Shown here in pieces: positions 26,680-39,272 of a DNA stretch of 64,000 bases. Position numbers and translations under genes: made by a program. A model generated the notes under the pieces. The model did not search any database. It was not told the origin of the DNA and worked only from the letters and a program-made list of their open reading frames with translations. The stretch lies in the NCBI GenBank assembly GCA_026770705.1, contig JANJGN010000095.1, positions 1,736,001 through 1,800,000 of the forward strand, written 5' to 3'. Each line of letters opens with the position of its first letter. Positions within the stretch are counted from its first letter, which is position 1. The stretch comes from Isurus oxyrinchus. Its lineage: Eukaryota.

Positions 26680-27560
26680 CGGTCATAGCACAAAAGGAGG
26701 CCATTCAGCACATTGTCTCCCTGCCGTTTCTCTGCAACAGCAACTCAGCCAGTCCCACTCCTCCGCTTTTTCTATGTAGCCATGGAAATATTGTGTTTTC
26801 AGATAATTACCTACTACAATTGAATCTGCCTCCACCACACACTCAGCCAGTAGCTTCCAGATCCAAATCTCTTGCTGCATAAAGAAGCTTATCTTCATGT
26901 CGCCTCTGGTAATTTTTAAAATCAGTTTAGGGTTCTCGACCTCCCGCCGATGGCAGCAATTTCACCATTTTCATTATCTAGATCCCTAATGATTTTGAGC
27001 ACGGCTGAAAAATCTCCCCTCAAACTTCTCTTCTCCAAGAAGAACAGCCCCAGCTTCACCCATCTATCCACATATCTGAAGTCTCCCATCCTCGGAATCA
27101 TTCTCGTAAATCTTTTCTGAACCCTTTGCAAAACCTTCGTTTAAGTTGAACCAGTATTTTATGAACGTTCACAACTTAGTTTCTTTGGTACTCTATGCCC
27201 TGATTAATAAAACGCAGGATTAGGGGCCCAGTGCTGCTTTCATAAACTGCCCTGACAGCTTCAATGATTTTTGCAGATACGCACCCAGGTTCTTCTGCTC
27301 CTGCATCAATTTAGAATTACGCCCTTCATTTTAGGTCACCCCTCCTCGTTCATTTGACCAAAGTGTATCACTTCGCACTCCTGCACATTAAAGTTCAGCT
27401 ACCCCGAGTCTTCCCATCCCACCAGCCTATCTATAACCTCTTGAAGTCCATCATTTCTCCAGAAAGTTCACAATACTTCCAAGTCTTGCATCATCCTCCA
27501 ATTCTGAAACTCTGCCCTGCACACCCAGGCCTAGGTTATTGATATCAATCAAGAAATGCG
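26680..27560 (-). mobile_element. CR1 LINE 3' fragment
   Basis: ORF QRVQKRFTRMIPRMGDFRYVDRWVKLGLFFLEKRSLRGD. Confidence 0.85.
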
Positions 27561-28029
27561 GTGGCTCAGCTACATCCCGCCACCACAGTCAGAATTAAAT
27601 AAAATTTTCTGTAATTCACGCTTTAATAGTCTTGAAATATAATATTGAGCTGTGGCATAATGAAATTCTAGCTATTCTAACGACTAACCGTTCACAACAC
27701 AACATGGTTCGAAATGAACTCTTTCAGGGAACTGATCGTGTTCACTAAAAAGCATAGGTTCACTGAAATTTGGGGGCTCAAATGATTAACACAGAGGGAA
27801 AGAACGTAAGAGTCGATTTAGAAATGATATGGCCAACTCGTTTGATTAGCGCTCCTGCACCTCAAAATCTCCCACTTCATCACTGCATTTGTATCAGTCA
27901 TAGTGTTATTAACAACTGCATCAAGTCGCATGTATATATCACCTCTAAAATAGCTGATAAGAAGGACTTGTGGACTCAACCAGGAACACGGGTTATAATT
28001 GCCACTCATGGGTGTGATGACCACTAATT

Positions 28030-29207
28030 ATTTTTATTAATTTACAGGATATTGTCTTTGCTGGATCAGCCAGCATTAATTGCCCATTCTTAATACCCCT
28101 TGAGAAGCTGGTGAGCTGCCCTCTTGAACTGCCGCAGTCCTTGTTGTGTAGATACATCATCAGTGCTGTTAGGACTAGAGTTCCAGGAATATGACCCAGT
28201 GACATTGAAGGAAGGGCAATATATTTCCAAGTCAGGATGGTGAACGGCTTGGATGGGAACATCCAAGTAGTGCTGTTCTCATGTATCCGCGGCATTTCTC
28301 GTCCTCGATTGTAGTGGTCATTTGTTTGGACTGTGATGTTTAAGGAGCCTTTGTGAATTTCTGCATTATATCTTATAGATGGTACACGCTGCAGCTACTC
28401 TGCTTCGATGGTGCAGGGTATTCATTTTTGTGGAAGGGGTTCCAATCAAGCGGGCTACTTTGTATTGGTGGTGCAAATCTTATTGAGTGTTATTTGAGCT
28501 GCACTTATCCAGGAAAGTGGAGAGTATTCCATCCCACACCTGGCATTTGCATTGTTCACGGTGGGCAGGCTTTGGGCAGAAAGGAAGTGAGTTACTCGCC
28601 GCAGGGTTCCTAGCCTCTGACCTGCTCTCGTAGCCACAGTAATTATATGGCTAGTACAGCTCAGTTTCTGTTCGTTATTAATTCCCAGGAGGCTGATAGA
28701 TGGGAATTCATTTTCATTTTGCCATTAGACGCCAAGGTGCAAAGGTTAGATGCACTCTTGCTGGAGATGGTCATTGCCTGGCGCTTGTGTGGCGTGACTG
28801 CTACTTGCCACTTATTAGCTCAAGCCTGGATATTGCCCAGGTCTTGTTGCATTTGGACATGGGCTGCTTCAGTGTCTGAGGAGTTGCAAATAGCGCTGAA
28901 CATTATGCAATCATCAGCAAACATCGCCACTTCTGACGTCCTGATGGAAAAAAAAAGCCACTGATCAAGCAGCTGAAGATAGTTGGGCTGACAACACTGC
29001 CCTGAGGAATTTCTCCAGTGATGCCCTGGAACTGAAATTGTTGACCTCCAACAACTATAATCATCTTCATTTGTGCGAGGTATGACTCCAATCAGCAGAT
29101 TTTCCCTGCTGCTACCCGTAGACTTCAATTTTGCAAGTGCTCCTTTATGCCACACTCGGTCAAATGCTGCGTTGATATACTGTGCAGTCACTCCCACCTT
29201 ACCCAGG
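28030..29207 (-). mobile_element. CR1-group LINE, 5'-truncated
   Basis: AAFDRVWH, IPQGSVVSP, MFADDC and QQDLGNIQA RT motifs spread across frameshifted ORFs. Confidence 0.9.
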
Positions 29208-30054
29208 GAACTCACTGAAGACAAACAAATCGAACAGTTCAAGCCAATGACTTTTCATCAGAATTGTACAAAGCTCCGAATGAGGTTTCTTGCTTTCAGC
29301 GGGATGGTTTCACACTTTCCCAAAACAAACACCATATGATATCGTTTACTCACTGGCGAAATAAACCGCACTGGTATTGTATCTTCCTGGAATTTCTGCA
29401 AATTAATATCTCCCCTAAAAACATGCAATATTCAAAGTTGTTCTTGTCTCTAGTGCTGTTTGCTGGGTGAGGTGAGAGTGACAGCATTCTATATCAACGC
29501 AGCATTTGACTGAGTGTGGCATTAAACAACCCTACACAAATTCCAGTCAACGGGAATTCGGGGTTAAACTTGCTGCTGAATTTCGTGCTGGAGCTTTTTG
29601 AGGAAGGCTTTGGGATTTTTATTATTCTCAGAATTTAGAACCTTATTCCCAATGAGCTTTCTTGTTTTAATAGGGTTAATATCACACTTTCCCACAACAA
29701 ACACAAAATGGATTTTTTTACCAATTCGCAAAATCCAACTTTGTGAGCTTGGAGTTTTCTCTCCAATTTCTTCAACTTAACTTTTCGGCACGATAAACAC
29801 AATCTTCAAAACGTTGAAGGTTCAGTGCAGACAGCTGTGTAACAACAGTTGTCACATCACAAGCCTTGAGTGAGGAGCGAGTAGTTGGTGTAATTTTGGA
29901 GATTTGTGAAATGAAGCCAAAGGGAGGCTTCTGGTCTGCTTGTGAAGGAAAGGTGCTGAATAGGGTGAATTACCAAACACGGGAATGCAAGCAAAATATG
30001 GTTGCAGTGCCTCGTGTCAGATTGTGAAGGCATCTGTGGGAAGCACGTGGGATC

Positions 30055-30121
30055 CAGCTGGATATCTCAAACAGTAAAACATAAAATCTGCGGGTCTGTG
30101 GTTCAAGTCCCGGTCCAAACA
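30055..30121 (+). pseudogene. Decayed tRNA-Lys-like relic
   Basis: gctggatatctca...aatctgcgggtctgtggttcaagtcccggtcc, in the position paralogous to 40609-40669. Confidence 0.45.
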
Positions 30122-31943
30122 CTGCCTTCTGACTCCAGGTGACTTCCCCATCTGCGCCCCCTTACCGCCACCCCCGCCGTGAAGCTACTGGGAGGAAAAG
30201 GTTAAGGGATGCTGAATTCTTCAAGAGAGCGGAAGAGACATATACTTCTTCATTTGCAAATAGATACTTCCTTCTCGAAATTATTGTAGATTCGATCAAC
30301 CTCTAAGAATTATTTCTCAATTTCCAACTGCCCTAAATATGAAAAGAGCATCTTAATTTTCCTCTTGGTTGACCTAGACACCATTGCAGTGAATCAGTGG
30401 CAAAAGTATAACCTGATTTCACCTCACGCCTACCGCCAGGGAAAGCAGTTTCTCTCCTTTTAACCTAACTTGTGGTTAAACTGGAATGGAAACTTCGATC
30501 AGCTCACCCTTCATTCTTCTTTTCTCAGGAGAAAATAAACAGGATGTAGCCCTAAAAGGAAAAAAAAATGTGCGGGACAAGGTGGCGGATTGGCAATAGG
30601 TGAATCTCTCTTTCAGAGAGCAAGCACAGACAGCTTGGAACAAACGTTTTGTGCTGTATCCATTCTATGATTTTGCCTTTCTAAAATTATCAAACCTGAA
30701 CTCCTGAAGTAATGGACCGAACTCTGAAATCCCACTGTTCCAACTCCAAGGCCAGCACACTCCTTGTTGTTCCTCTGAGTAATGCCTATAAGAACGTGAG
30801 AAACAGGAGCAGGTGTATCATAGATTTCACGGCTTCTCAACCAATTCCAGATCTTTCTGGTTGATCTTCTGCCTCAACTGCACCTTCCCGAGAATTCTCA
30901 ATTCCCCCTGTCGTACAGCGCCATCCCAGATAAAGAATGTCTGATCAATTTCAAGCCACAGAAGAGGTGAACAATAATGTCTACTGCATAAATAATAGGC
31001 TACAACTCAAAACATTTTATGAGAATACTTGTTTCTTGGTTTTTATGCCTGTTTTAGTGGCATGCATTTGTATTCTAATTGCAGGAGCAAATTCAGGACA
31101 GTTGGCTGATTATCGATTGTAATGAGTGTTAACTCAGATATGACAGCCTGGAAATTGTGGTCTTCAAATGAATTCTTCGTGTACATGTGCACTGTGAGCA
31201 CTGCACCTGTAGACTTAAATCCCTTAGCTTTTCTACAGCCCCTTGTTTCTCACCATATAGAAAATACTCTCATTGCTCAATTGGTCCATGAAAGATATGT
31301 TCCTTGTGTATTCTGCTTTACCCTTACTGACTGGCTCTCCATCTACTGTCCATTGTTTTCCCATTCCGTTTCTTGTGTTCCGAATACACACACACAGCCT
31401 GAGAAAGCAGATTATTTCGATCCATTGTATCGATTCATAAGCACATTTCTTGGTAGTTTCCCAAATTTAGATTGCAGAATGAACACGAAACTTGAAAATG
31501 ATAATCGAATACAAATAGATTATTTTTGTGCTTCTATCAACAAAACCTTTATTTCCTGTTGCAGAATGGGTGACAGCAGATTCTCAATGTATAAATATTT
31601 ATAATTAAAATTGTGATGTTTGAAAATGGATTTCGTGTTTCTTGGTGTGCCAGTTCTGAATCAATATGTGTGTAACTGTGTTATCTCTCAATGCACTTGT
31701 GTGTATCTGCGTTGTGTGTAAGTATATTTAGGAGTGATTGGGAAAAGAAAAGAAACAGGCAGAATAAAATATTTCCACATCAAACCAGATTCAGACTGAA
31801 TGAGGAAAATACAGATCACTGTAACCAGCAGAATGATAAAGTACACATAGGCAGCACAATAAGTCAAGATCACACCAAAGAGGGTTACTTTCTGAGCGTT
31901 GTTTTGGGCGGAGATCAGTGTGGTTTATTGACTACCAAGTTAT

Positions 31944-32025
31944 GTAGTTGTGGCCAAGGGGTTGACGCGATGAACTAGAAATCCATTCGGGTATTCTCGC
32001 GGAGATACGAATCCTGCCGACTGCA
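31944..32025 (+). pseudogene. tRNA-Ser(AGA) pseudogene
   Basis: 82 nt, colinear with vertebrate tRNA-Ser (gtagttgtggccaaggggttgacgcgatgaactAGAaatccatt...gaatcctgccgactgca). The B box is mutated (gatacgaatcc) and a T-run follows. Confidence 0.85.
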
Positions 32026-33689
32026 CAGCTTCTTTTACTTGCTCAGTTTCAAAATTTGATTAAGTTCCTTTTACAAAAATCATATCTTAGGTGGGATGAT
32101 ACCCCACACCTTTCAACAACAGAATTCGGTTTCCTTGGTCTTATTCTTCTGCGTGTATTCACGAAATTCCTGTCCTGATTACAGCAAATATCAGCTAAAC
32201 TAACGACACCCACATTTTCGACCCTCTCTCACACTGGGAAGTCACTTTATGTCTAATTATAAATGTCATATTGTGTGCGTGGGCATATGTGTGTGTGCAT
32301 TTGTACTGTACCTTTGTGTGTTGTTTTTGTTTATTGCTTCTGAGTAGTTCTTGTTTATTGTGCTTTTGTAAGACCCTCGCCTTCAAAAGCCTTTCCAATT
32401 TTCTTCTAATATTATTCACAAAATTATCTTCTACCACCTTTTCAGGTGGGGCGTTGCAGTTCCCACCAACTGAGTGGAAATGTCTCTGCTAACGTTCTCT
32501 GTATATATTTTGGTCAATCACTATGTATCCATGTCCCTTATGTATTGACCTACAAGCAGAGTGACTCTTTTCCTGTTTACCCTCCCCAAACCTCAGGTGA
32601 TCGGAAAAATAGGTGATTTTCTAATCTTCTATGTCCGTAGTGCAACAGCCGGAACTTACCCAGCAACACCTCATGACTGAACTATTTCATCCTTGAAAAC
32701 CTCCCTGCGAGCATCCTTTGCCCCCTTTTGCATGACTTGCTGAAGATTGGTGACCATCCTTATCCACAGGGTTCCTTACTAATGTCGAACTGTAGTTGCT
32801 AATGGTCTAGCAAGATCCCGATGCTTGAATACACTATATCTCGATGTCTAAATCCAAATAACCAATATGCTTTTCGAACTACATTGCAAACTTTGTGGTA
32901 TGGAGACAAATGTCCCTCTGCCCATCGACAATTTACAAAAATCTCGCACTTAGTGTGTAGTGACTTTCCATAATAGTCCTCCCAAATTTGATAATTTCAT
33001 CGCTTACACCCTCGTATTGAAATTTGTATAGTTTTTAATGTGTTATTATTATGTGTGCGTCTTACTTTCTGAACTCCTTTCTCAGCGGGTCTTTCTTTCC
33101 CTGGAAGCCTTTCTCATTGCCACTTTCAACAAATGAAATGGTAGAATTGCGCGGTGTATCTGTGCCCTTCATTCTCTACCTGACACGTTTTGACTGTCTG
33201 TCTGTTTGTCTCTGTTTCCCTCTCCTTGACCTCTCGATTTAACAAAAACAATCTTCCAATCGGACGGATTAATAGGCACAGGATCATTCTCATCTCCCGT
33301 GATCTCCTCAGTATTCAATAATCAATGGATCTCACCTTTGAATACATTGAGCTCTCCCAGTCCTGTAGGATAGGGAGCTTAAAAAATTCACAAACATTTG
33401 AATGAAGAAATTTCTACTCATCACTAATTATACTAAACTCCAAAGAGAATAACCTTATTTTACCCAATGACTGTCCTGAATCCAGGAATGAATTTAAGGA
33501 TCAAGCTCTATTATCAGCACGTGCAGTTCGACTTTCAGAAAATGCTGGCCTTATTCAGCAGCTCAGACAGCACCTTTGGCTTTTCGTCCTGAAAGAATAA
33601 TATTGATTCTCTCCATGGAAGCTGTCGTGTTTGCAGAGTATAACAGGAATTTTCTATTCTTACTTCAGATTTCTAATATCTGCAGTTGC

Positions 33690-34980
33690 TACGAACGTAC
33701 GGAATAATAGCAGAAATTGGCCAATTGGCCCCGGGATGCTGCTCCTCCTTTCACCAAGTTCATGGCTGATTTGTTTGTATTTCGAGTTCCACATTCCCAT
33801 CTACCCTGAAACCTTTGAACCCTTTGTTTCACAAGTATCTATCTACCTCCATCTTTGAAATATTAAATGACACCGCCTCCACTGCTTTCTGAGGCAGGAA
33901 TTTCCAACGTCGCATAACATTCTGAGAGAAAAAAATCCTCATTTCTGCCCTACAAGGAACACACCTAATTTTGAGGGAGTACACCCTAGTCTTGGGCTCA
34001 CCCATAAGAGGAAGCATCCTTTCCATGTCCTCAAGGCCAGTTAGGATCTTATATGCATCAATCAAGACACCCCTCACTCTTCTAAACTACAATGGAAACA
34101 AACATAGCCTGTACAAACTATCCTCATAAGAGAACCCACTCGTTCCAAGTATCAACGTAGTGAAACCCATCTGAACAGCCGATAACTCACTTACATCACA
34201 CCTTATGTAAACTGCAATACAGTATTACAGATGTGGCGTCATCAATGCCCTAGAAAACCGAAACATAGCATCCTTACTTTGGTGATTCATTCCTGTAGTA
34301 ATAAAGGATAGCATTCTATTAGGCTTCTGCATTACTTGTCGTATTTGCATGCTAACTTTTTTGACTCATGAACTAAGACACCTAGAGCCCCCTGCACCTT
34401 GGAACTCTGCAGTCGTTCATTGTATAATTAATGATTTTATTTAAATTCTCCGTGGCAAAATGAATAACTTCATGTTTTCCAGCATTATAATCCATCTGCC
34501 AGATATTTGCCCCCTTACTCAACCCGTCTAATTCAATGTGCAAATTGCTTCGGCCTTCTTCACAACTTTCCTACCTATCTTTCTGTCATTCGCAAATTTA
34601 GCTTCCAGGCCTTCACTCCACTCATGTAAGCTATTGATGTAAATTGTAAAAAGTTGAGGCCACAGCATGTATCCCTGCGCTACCCCACTCGTCACATCTT
34701 GCCAATCAGACAAAGGCCCATTTACACTTACTCTCTGGTTCTGACAGAAAGCCAGCCTTCTCTCCATGCCAATGTGTTACCCCCTATACCATGAGCATTT
34801 ATTTTCTGCGATAACCTTCGACGTGGCACGTTCTCAAATGCCTTTTCGAAATCGAAGTACAGCACGTCTACTGGTTCCTCTTCATCCACGAAACAAGCTT
34901 CTCCTTCAAAAAAATCTCAAATAAATTGGTTAAACATGATTTCCCTTTCAGAAAACCATGCTGAGCGTGGCTTTTGCGAA
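33690..34980 (-). mobile_element. CR1 LINE, 5'-truncated
   Basis: ORFs RGVLIDAYKILTGL...FFSQNVMRRWKFLPQKAVEA and VTSGVAQGYMLWPQLFTIYIN...KFAND. Confidence 0.9.
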
Positions 34981-36218
34981 GGTCTGGTGAACCATCGTTA
35001 TATCACATCATCCGGAAGTATTTCATCCTTCAGGGAGGGACTCCATCCTGACATTTATTCGTTTATTTCAAGTCTTTTGCAGCAAAGGCTGCCCATAAGA
35101 AAGAGAAATATGCAGATGTCAACATCCTGGGACTCCCTCCCTCGCAAAACGCTTAGTGTACCCACTCTGCTAATATTCAAGAAGTCAGCACGCGACCAGG
35201 TTCTCTATGAGAATTAGGGATAGGCAATGAATGATGGCTTAGCCAATGACACCCGCGCCACATCAATGAATTAACAATTACACCGGCCTTCATTATAGAA
35301 TAAGCAATATGATTTTGGTGATTTATTTTTTACACAGACGGTGCTGGGTGTGTGTAATGGAGCAGCAAAGGAGGCAGTGGGAGCTGATTGTTGCAAAAAA
35401 TTCGCGAGAGTTGTTGAAGCCCTTCATAGCAGCGACGGGCAATGCCTTGGGTTTGACTGCCTCGAAACTGGGAGTTTAACAGTATTTTTCGTACACATCT
35501 AGAAGTACAGATTGAATTTTGTACTGGGAGACCAATTCCACTTTGCTTCCTTGCTCCATGGTTCCTAGTTTCGCATCGCTGAGAAAATATTATGCCGGTT
35601 TATCACCATCTGCTCTTTCTGTAAATCCAACATTCTTACTGATGGGCTGTGCTTCTACTGTTCACTATTCTTCCCTTTCGCCCCCTGTGTCCTGTACACT
35701 CAGTTCAAGGAGGGAATTATTTCCATTCATCCTAGCAAAACCTGTAGCCATTTCAGCTGGTAGGCTTTCAAATCAAAATGATACAAGGGATACGGCTTTG
35801 CTTTCAATATGTAAATGGGTCCCCTACACATTTCTAGAAACAAAAACTGGCATCTTCATAGCTCTTTTAACAAAGCTGCTGTGGTGTCTCCAATCTGGAT
35901 TACACCCGCTTCGAGGTATGTCTATTTATGAATGATATTCTAATATTTGCAAACGGATTGTGGGTGTTCAATATTCGGGAGATATGTGTGAACCTGTGTG
36001 CTAGTTCTCATTGTACTTATGTTTTGAGGGGTATTTCAATGTAATTGATCCAAATGAAGTCAGATCAGGCGAATTAATGAACAGAAAATAGAAATACATC
36101 TCAGTAGAACTGTAACCAGCTGAGTCATAAAATACATCACATAAAGTCAAAAGGATTTCAAAATGAGCTCTGGTCAGTTCAATTATATGTTCGATGATCC
36201 CTGAACGATCAGAACCGT

Positions 36219-36278
36219 TTCCTGGTGACCTAGTACTTAGGGTTTGTGCAATTTCGCCACCTCTGCCCAATCAGGAAA
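36219..36278 (+). pseudogene. tRNA-Glu-like relic lacking the T-arm
   Basis: ttcctggtgacctagtacttagggtttgtgcaatttcgccacctctgccc-aatcaggaaa aligns to tRNA-Glu TCCCTGGTGGTCTAGTGGTTAGG...GGCCC[GGGTTCGATTCCC]GGTCAGGGAA. Confidence 0.55.
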
Positions 36279-36489
36279 GTGCATTTTACAGAAAAACTAA
36301 CCTCTTAGATAGTTTTGTCGCTGAAGGCCAATTCTGTTTACAGCATGAAGAGCCGCTCTACATGGAACCAAACATTTGTCAAGTGATAACGGACCTTTCA
36401 CGTGTCATCAACATTCATAATATCCACACAATGCAAACACTTAATTTTATGCTCACGGGTGAAAGAAAGTCTTCAGGGAGACAGTAAAA

Positions 36490-37870
36490 TTCAGAATTCC
36501 ACAGATGAGCTCTGCTCTGGGAGAAAAAAGAAAACCTTCATCGCCTCTTAAAATGGAGACCTCTCATTTTTCAACTGTGCCCCCAATTCTAGCCTCAACC
36601 CCGTCAAGTCCCCTCGGGATCGCCTATGAGTTCTCTAAACTCCAATGGGTGCAGGCCCAGACTGTCATCATAAGATAAACCCTTCATCCTAGGAATGAAT
36701 TGAGTAAACTTTCTCTGAAATGCTTCTTACGCATTTGTTATGACATGGCTGATGTTATGTGCCAGTTGGGCCAAATACACAAGGGAAACCTGGCCACTCT
36801 ATGACAACGGTTTTGGCAATTTGTATTTATTACGAGAAGGCTTTTCCAATGAACTCAGAGGAATTGATTGCAATAACACATTTAGATATTTGAAATTAAG
36901 TGAAAACATTTATTAAGGAAAGGAAAAAAAAAACAATGAATGCACAAAAGATTAGTTACACCGATAGTTAGTATTAACATTTCTCAAAATTCTTAATTAA
37001 ACAGGTTGCAAACTCCACTTCCCCTTTAACGCAACAGTCCAAGATAGATTTGCAACTAAAAAATCAACTGAGCACACGAACCACTGGACAGTGGATTCCC
37101 AAAGTCTTGTAACCCAACATTTTTGTTACTGGACAGAGCAGACTTCTGCTAAAAGGGCTGGAAGCTTTTGCACAAGGACTGCTTCACACGGTGCAACTTT
37201 CAATCTCAAAAGGCTAAAGCCCCTATCCAGTCTTTCATCCATCTGCATATATGTTCCTCTCTCTTTAATCTCCGAGTTTCATTATTCCACAGGTCTTTGG
37301 AAGTTTAATTTTCCCGGTATGTAAAAATCTTTCATAAAGTCAATAAAAATAATAACCTTGTCCTATTTATTTTGTCAGTTGCAAACACCCTACTATACCT
37401 TTCAACTCCAACCACCTTTCCACTTGATTCAAATTGCAAATTTATTTCACACTCTACATGCTGCTCTCATTCATGTTTATCCATTAGCATTTCAAATGTC
37501 TTTTTGCACCTCACATGTTTTGATCAGTTCAACCTTACAGTCTATCTGACTCTGATTCAATTAATTCAGTCACAAAGGCAGAACCAACCATACACACACA
37601 TATAAGCCTACAATAATATTATGAAACATATTATCATTTCATGACGAATTCGTATCTCTTTTTTTCAAATAGGGAGGCCAAGACTGTACACAGTATTCCA
37701 GATTAATCCTCACCAAGCTCCTGTACAGCCGCAGTAAAAGTTCACTACTTTATACTCCATTCTTCCTCAATAGACGTCAACATAGCCTTTGTCATCCTAA
37801 CACTTGTTGGACCGGCATACAAACTTTTTTAGTGGTTCCTGTACTCGGGCACCAATATCCTTGTACTGAT
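36490..37870 (-). mobile_element. CR1 fragment interrupted by a solo LTR
   Basis: CR1-like sequence at 36490-36735 resumes at 37647 (…tgcttcttacgcatt | cgtatctc…gggaggccaagactgtacacagtattccag). Confidence 0.65.
36736..37646. mobile_element. Probable solo LTR (about 910 bp)
   Basis: Ends tgttatga...tcatgacg (terminal inverted repeat, CA changed to CG), flanked by catt and aatt. It splits a CR1. Confidence 0.6.
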
Positions 37871-38164
37871 ATGGTCAGTGGAAGAAATTCTTTCTCTTCG
37901 CTTGGAATTTGGGACTATGGGCGACAGTTAAAAGAAAAGATACATTTCAACATTGAAATTAGGAAACAATCCCACACACCAAGGGTGGTCTAAGTTCTGA
38001 GCTCCCTTCTGTACACGATAACTGGTGGTTTTAATATAAATCTGTGATCGATAGTGTTCTTGCAAAAAAGTCATTAAATTGCAGAAGCGACTTGGTTCCC
38101 AATCGACCACGATATCTCTGAATAAGCGAACACAATCTAGTGACTAAATCGGCCCACCAAAAGC

Positions 38165-38250
38165 AATATTGAGGAAAAGCGGATCATCATTCGGCTCAGC
38201 GCTCTGCAGCCTCCTGAACTCAAAACTGTGTTCATCAATTTTAGACCATA
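38165..38250 (+). mobile_element. Penelope GIY-YIG C-terminal fragment (others on the minus strand near 11040-11140, 42850-42930 and 43850-43955)
   Basis: Translates EEKRIIIRLSALQPPELKTVFINFR. The ORF at 43643-43924 begins SRIEPSGLNIQFNNFR. Confidence 0.65.
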
Positions 38251-39137
38251 ATATTCACCTCCATCATGTTTACTATTTTTATTCCCTTTGCCGGCTTGGT
38301 TTGGTCCCGTTTATTTAATTATTCCACCATATTGTCTTTGGGCGGCTGCTGTGCAGCCATTCATAACCTCACTTTGACAAATTGCATTTTAACCTATATT
38401 GCAAGGGAATTGGAGTACAAGAAGAAATAAGTGTTGCAAAAATAGTACATGGCTTTGATGACACCATAACTTTAATATTGTTTGCAGTTGTGGTCTCCCA
38501 TTTAAGGAAGGATACAATTCATTGGAAGTGGCACACAGAATAGGTCACTCATAGGTCCCCAGGGTGAGGGGACTGTCCTATGATGAGAGGCTGAGTAAGA
38601 TGGAGCAGCATTCCGGCTCTCCCATGCGGTGGTTCCATATGTTACTGTCCTGAGCTACCAAAGCAGGCGTCCATCATGCTCCTGGATTAAGTTCCTTTGC
38701 CATCGCCCTTGACTAGAGGTTCAATCTCTCCTCGCACCATAACTGTGCAGATGAGGCCATCACGAGTAGCTCGCAGGGACGGCATAGTTTTATATGTAAA
38801 AGTCCGTTTAAGGAAACTTTGGATTGTTCTATAAATTGAACATTTTTGGCCGTCAATAAAATAATGGAGTTACTTACATAACTCCACATAGATATTTCAT
38901 TGCAGTATTCAGCACTAAAACCATTCCACAAAAGGGCTTGTGCCTTGTGAAGTCATGTTATCGGTTACCCCCGCCGTTTCAGGATTAATAGATGGCTTCA
39001 TTTAGTTCCTAGGTTTATGTGGAGAGAGTGAATCGCCGGAGCCGGAATCAGAGGTCATCCCATGTAATTTCCAAATCTTTACTGGAAAGACAGGATTTTT
39101 TTGAAAAGCCTTGCACAGGAATAATACTCCTGTGCAC

Positions 39138-39272
39138 AACCTGTGCACTATCCATGCCAAGCGAGTCACCATCTTTACCAAAGACATCCAGTTGGACGCC
39201 GCATCCGCGGGGAGCGAGTCTAAAACACGGCTTCAGTACCAGGTGGAACAACGGCTCATTTCGGAGCTACCA
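39138..39272 (+). pseudogene. 3' fragment of a replication-dependent histone H3 with stem-loop
   Basis: NLCTIHAKRVTIFTKDIQL..RIRGERV* (TAA 39221-39223), with a degenerate stem-loop ggctcatttcggagct-acca at 39253-39272. Confidence 0.85.

Noticed and set aside
31122-31604. 160-aa ORF (also the 138-aa ORF at 35519-35935)
   Set aside because: No recognisable motifs, and the two paralogous segments do not conserve a reading frame.
32083-32135. tRNA-Asn-like 3' half on the minus strand; also tRNA-Arg-like words near 61117-61160 and Leu-like words near 11962
   Set aside because: Only short partial matches, with no cloverleaf.
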